The translations under genes were made by a program, and so were the position numbers. Shown here in pieces: positions 47,301-49,310 of a stretch of DNA of 49,310 nt. Numbering within the stretch: position 1 is the stretch's first letter; each line of letters begins with the position of its first letter. The notes below the pieces were generated by a model, which did not search any database, was not told the origin of the DNA, and worked only from the letters and a program-made list of their open reading frames with translations. Location: the NCBI GenBank assembly GCA_038891095.1, contig JAWAEV010000006.1:1-49310 (forward strand), written 5' to 3'. This DNA is from Candidatus Altiarchaeota archaeon (GTDB taxonomy: Archaea; Altiarchaeota; Altiarchaeia; IMC4; QMZM01).

Positions 47301-49310
47301 TTCTTTACCTTTCGCTCCTTTAACAGCAGCGACAGCAGCAGCTGCTGCCGGAGCAGCTTTCTTATTAATGCAATCCTCAGGGTTCTTCTCTTCCCTAAAA
47401 CAATCCTTAGGAAACAACCAAAAACAAGACTACTTGAATAAAATCGTGGATGACTTGAAGAGAGCAAGAGAAATTGCGTTGTTCAATAAAAATTACTGGC
47501 AAAGAGTTCTGGATGGCTCTGAGTATCGTAGATGGGAATATGAAGAGAGACTAAAAGCAGCAAAGGCAGAATTTGAAAAATGCGATGCCTTATATCAGAA
47601 ATTCAAAAATGCAAATTTAGAAAACTTAGAAATAATTTCTGATAAGACATTCAAGTTTGAGAATGAGCTCTGGACAAGAGAAAACTCTTTAGTAAGAAAA
47701 CTAGATGCAGAGGAAATTCCAAATAGATTCAAATTTGAGAGTGAAGAACTTAACAAAAAATTCAAAGAGAACTTAGAAAAGATAAATGAGCAACTCAGAA
47801 AACTTTTTAACGAAGGAAAGATGTCCTTCCCTGTTTACCAGTCATTAATACAACAAGCAATAAACTTAAGAATCCAAGAGAGGGAGAATCTCAACAAACT
47901 AAAAAAACTTTTCATTCTAGAAAAAGACAAAACATTTAAAAAAGAAGTAGGCTTTTTAAAAACCAAAGAATTTAGCGTAAATTCTTTGCTAAAAGAAAAG
48001 TTCTTAGAAGCAGAAAAAGCTTTAGATGATTCATTAGAGTGGTTCAAAAATCAATTTTATGTTAAATGTTTATATAGCAAAGAAGCTTTCAAATCTTTTC
48101 TTATGAACATTTCTCAAAATGGTCCTTGGTATGTCCCAAAACTTTTCTCAGAGATAAAAAACTGGGATGCAAATAAATTAGAAATAGTTGGTGAGTATAA
48201 ATTCAAATATCGCAGTAAAACCTATATTGGAATAAAATACGATGGAAAGACATACTTTTTGAAACCTCATAAAGATAAGTGGTATATTGAGAGGATTACA
48301 GATGAAGAAGCGGTTATGAGATTTGAAAACGATTCTAACTCTTTATTTGATAAGTTCAAAGGAGCTCTAGAAAAACTCCGCGACAAAGCAGAGCAAGAAA
48401 TGGCTTCTTTAGACTTTGCTTTTAGAGCAGATTATTTGAATAAAGTGAAAGATACTGCTCGCTCTCTATGGAAATTGTTTAGAGAAAAACTAAATGCAAA
48501 GATAAATGAATATTATAATGAAGGCTTCTATAAGGGTAAGGGTCTTTCTAACATCCATGAGATTGATAGGGAAATTCGTACTTATGGAGAAAAGTACTTT
48601 AAAGAATTCAATGAGTGTATGGATAGAGTCTATAACAATCTTATACCCAAAGATATAAAAGATAAGCAAACAAACGAAGCTCTAAGAAAATTTGAAGAGA
48701 AAATGCAGAGATGGAGAAGTCATGCTAAGGATTTATTGGATCATCAATACAGAGAACTTAAGGAAAGAGCGGAAAGGAATAAAAATGGTTTGTCTTATGA
48801 TATTATAAAGCAAGAGATTGATGCATGGTATCAAAATAAGTTATCTAACTTAGATGCTGAAATACTCATAAGCAAGATAAAGAACAACTCAAGCGATATA
48901 ATGACTGGAAAAAACAGCGAGGAAGAAAAAGCAATAACTTTTGAATATCTCAGAAATTTAACAAAGATTTCATCAATGGAAAAACTAAATAAGCAAATGG
49001 AAAAACAGATTGAGATTGCACAAATGAGCCAAAAACCACAACAGCAAACAATAAGTAACAACTTCCCAGTGATTGAAGATCCAAAGCCAGAAGTTTATTT
49101 GAAAGGAAATTCACTATATGTCCAAAAACCAGATGGTAACTATTTAATTTACAACTACGATAAATTAAAAGAAAAGTTTCAAGGAAGAGATCCAAGAAAA
49201 ATGTCTCCAAGAGAAGTTTTTGATACTTTGTATGGGAAAGATAGTGAGTATAATCCTTATAGCCAAAGATACTACACAAATACTGCAACCACAACAACTG
49301 AATCTGCTAT
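44329..49310 (+). CDS. Giant secreted multidomain protein (>1660 aa, 3' end outside window): 2 GWN repeats, Cys-rich repeats, 2 LamG domains, Ala-rich hydrophobic helix, long charged helical region
   Basis: Not in ORF track. Manual translation MKAAKNHKKRIIFLVWLLFILLFVLFPGIVFA-ISEYRIPLKTGWNMIS...; LDEGFGNVAKDSS...GKALSFD and LNENSGIVAHDSS...GKALYFDG...FNGKLDE LamG signatures; no stop seen in frame to window end. Confidence 0.9.
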   Translation, partial: MKAAKNHKKRIIFLVWLLFILLFVLFPGIVFAISEYRIPLKTGWNMISTPFDLEKSNLKDALSSIDGKYNYVYSYSNGEWKFYISGYEQASSLKELKPGEGYWIYMNSEGNLTFRGNLLKKVSIPLKRGWNMIGYPSLEPRDVKDVLFLIDGKYSSISTFSGGSRKSYIVDAPKNSLEKLFPGEGYWISMTQDAVLEIENSNSPGSSCKKTFQPCLSNSECCSNFCVDGFCRYPIINKSCNADNAKDESIEDGLDDKYCTWNEHDNCLVRSSIEIISGQLNPTYWEGDSCSAEDNGTSDLYGEKKVYVDNLEKYKIEGKLLVDDFAYLWINDKAISNLQGVSGETSWVDLTPYFNSGWNLIKFKAVDSCSGNRYFKFEIKVKKKNGYECNKNSECLSNYCIEDIGNGKCDSEKKICAANDSGPYVCSCSLSQDENSGDIKITWNVADDVPDTPSSSGKWVLMLSNSYNSEIYYDSKKQNECSKGTTFTKIIPFSSFQKKPSSSVEIFAELSEETCNNKMHISSLSNENINKNEGYCNTTLKIKIPEGYSCNSNEDCLSGFCIDNICKKLSEEEKNLRAHLSLDEGFGNVAKDSSMYKNNGNVQGASWTESKFGKALSFDENSFIEIKNSESLNPRDEITISYWIKPNCDDNDMVILSKQGIFENELKCGNRTFFFRSIINETLKEISFTENLNANEWYYIVETYDGNTVKIYVNSELKSSMNASGKLSQSKSSLFIGKKFKGIIDEIKIYSYALSPLEILQNYLLSEKVLHLELNENSGIVAHDSSIFRNDGTIYGGSSWVEGILGKALYFDGKDDYIVVEEDGSLNEFNEITLGVWIYRKSQGANWIFGRNFEHDISLENEKIKVSMKDLSIENWSIELLVPLNEWTHIAVTYNRTSIKIYKNSELVAEKKAFGKISTKEPLYIGKYFNGKLDEILIFSRALTEQEIKKYFYQGYRNLLYKDFNIPLNPETGSGVTGENSNSGSSSASLPSLPFAPLTAATAAAAAGAAFLLMQSSGFFSSLKQSLGNNQKQDYLNKIVDDLKRAREIALFNKNYWQRVLDGSEYRRWEYEERLKAAKAEFEKCDALYQKFKNANLENLEIISDKTFKFENELWTRENSLVRKLDAEEIPNRFKFESEELNKKFKENLEKINEQLRKLFNEGKMSFPVYQSLIQQAINLRIQERENLNKLKKLFILEKDKTFKKEVGFLKTKEFSVNSLLKEKFLEAEKALDDSLEWFKNQFYVKCLYSKEAFKSFLMNISQNGPWYVPKLFSEIKNWDANKLEIVGEYKFKYRSKTYIGIKYDGKTYFLKPHKDKWYIERITDEEAVMRFENDSNSLFDKFKGALEKLRDKAEQEMASLDFAFRADYLNKVKDTARSLWKLFREKLNAKINEYYNEGFYKGKGLSNIHEIDREIRTYGEKYFKEFNECMDRVYNNLIPKDIKDKQTNEALRKFEEKMQRWRSHAKDLLDHQYRELKERAERNKNGLSYDIIKQEIDAWYQNKLSNLDAEILISKIKNNSSDIMTGKNSEEEKAITFEYLRNLTKISSMEKLNKQMEKQIEIAQMSQKPQQQTISNNFPVIEDPKPEVYLKGNSLYVQKPDGNYLIYNYDKLKEKFQGRDPRKMSPREVFDTLYGKDSEYNPYSQRYYTNTATTTTESA

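Noticed and set aside
44067-49297. Series of short minus-strand ORFs listed in the ORF track
   Set aside because: Antisense shadows of the single long plus-strand gene starting at 44329

Overview
AT-rich (roughly 30% GC by eye), gene-dense archaeal chromosomal segment. Archaeal markers include pelota, split GMP synthase, aIF-2beta, aIF-1A, EgsA, thermosome, RIO1, TYW1 and PyrBI. The 'Q-x-x-x-EYLxxYGWA' pilin and a histone-fold/coiled-coil protein point to a DPANN-related lineage with intact biosynthesis, possibly Altiarchaeota (inference only). I saw no rRNA, tRNA, CRISPR array, integrase, transposase or reverse transcriptase. The most interesting region is a ~12.8 kb minus-strand type IV pilus/Tad locus (9096-21857). 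It contains two paralogous secreted fibre-like genes that share a patchwork-identical 385 bp N-terminal region. Each continues as unrelated 80-104 aa modules joined by a GNVGIGT motif that is conserved at the DNA level with GC-rich codons unusual for this genome (7 copies), and the two genes end in different C-terminal tips. A frameshifted remnant resembling a peptidase-S74 chaperone tail lies behind one fibre gene. Together these suggest a repeat-mediated module-shuffling adhesin system built into a pilus operon. Two real genes are missing from the ORF track because they run off the window: pelota (<1-936, minus) and a >1660 aa secreted protein (44329->49310, plus) with GWN repeats, a knottin-like Cys motif, two LamG domains, an Ala-rich hydrophobic helix and a long charged region.
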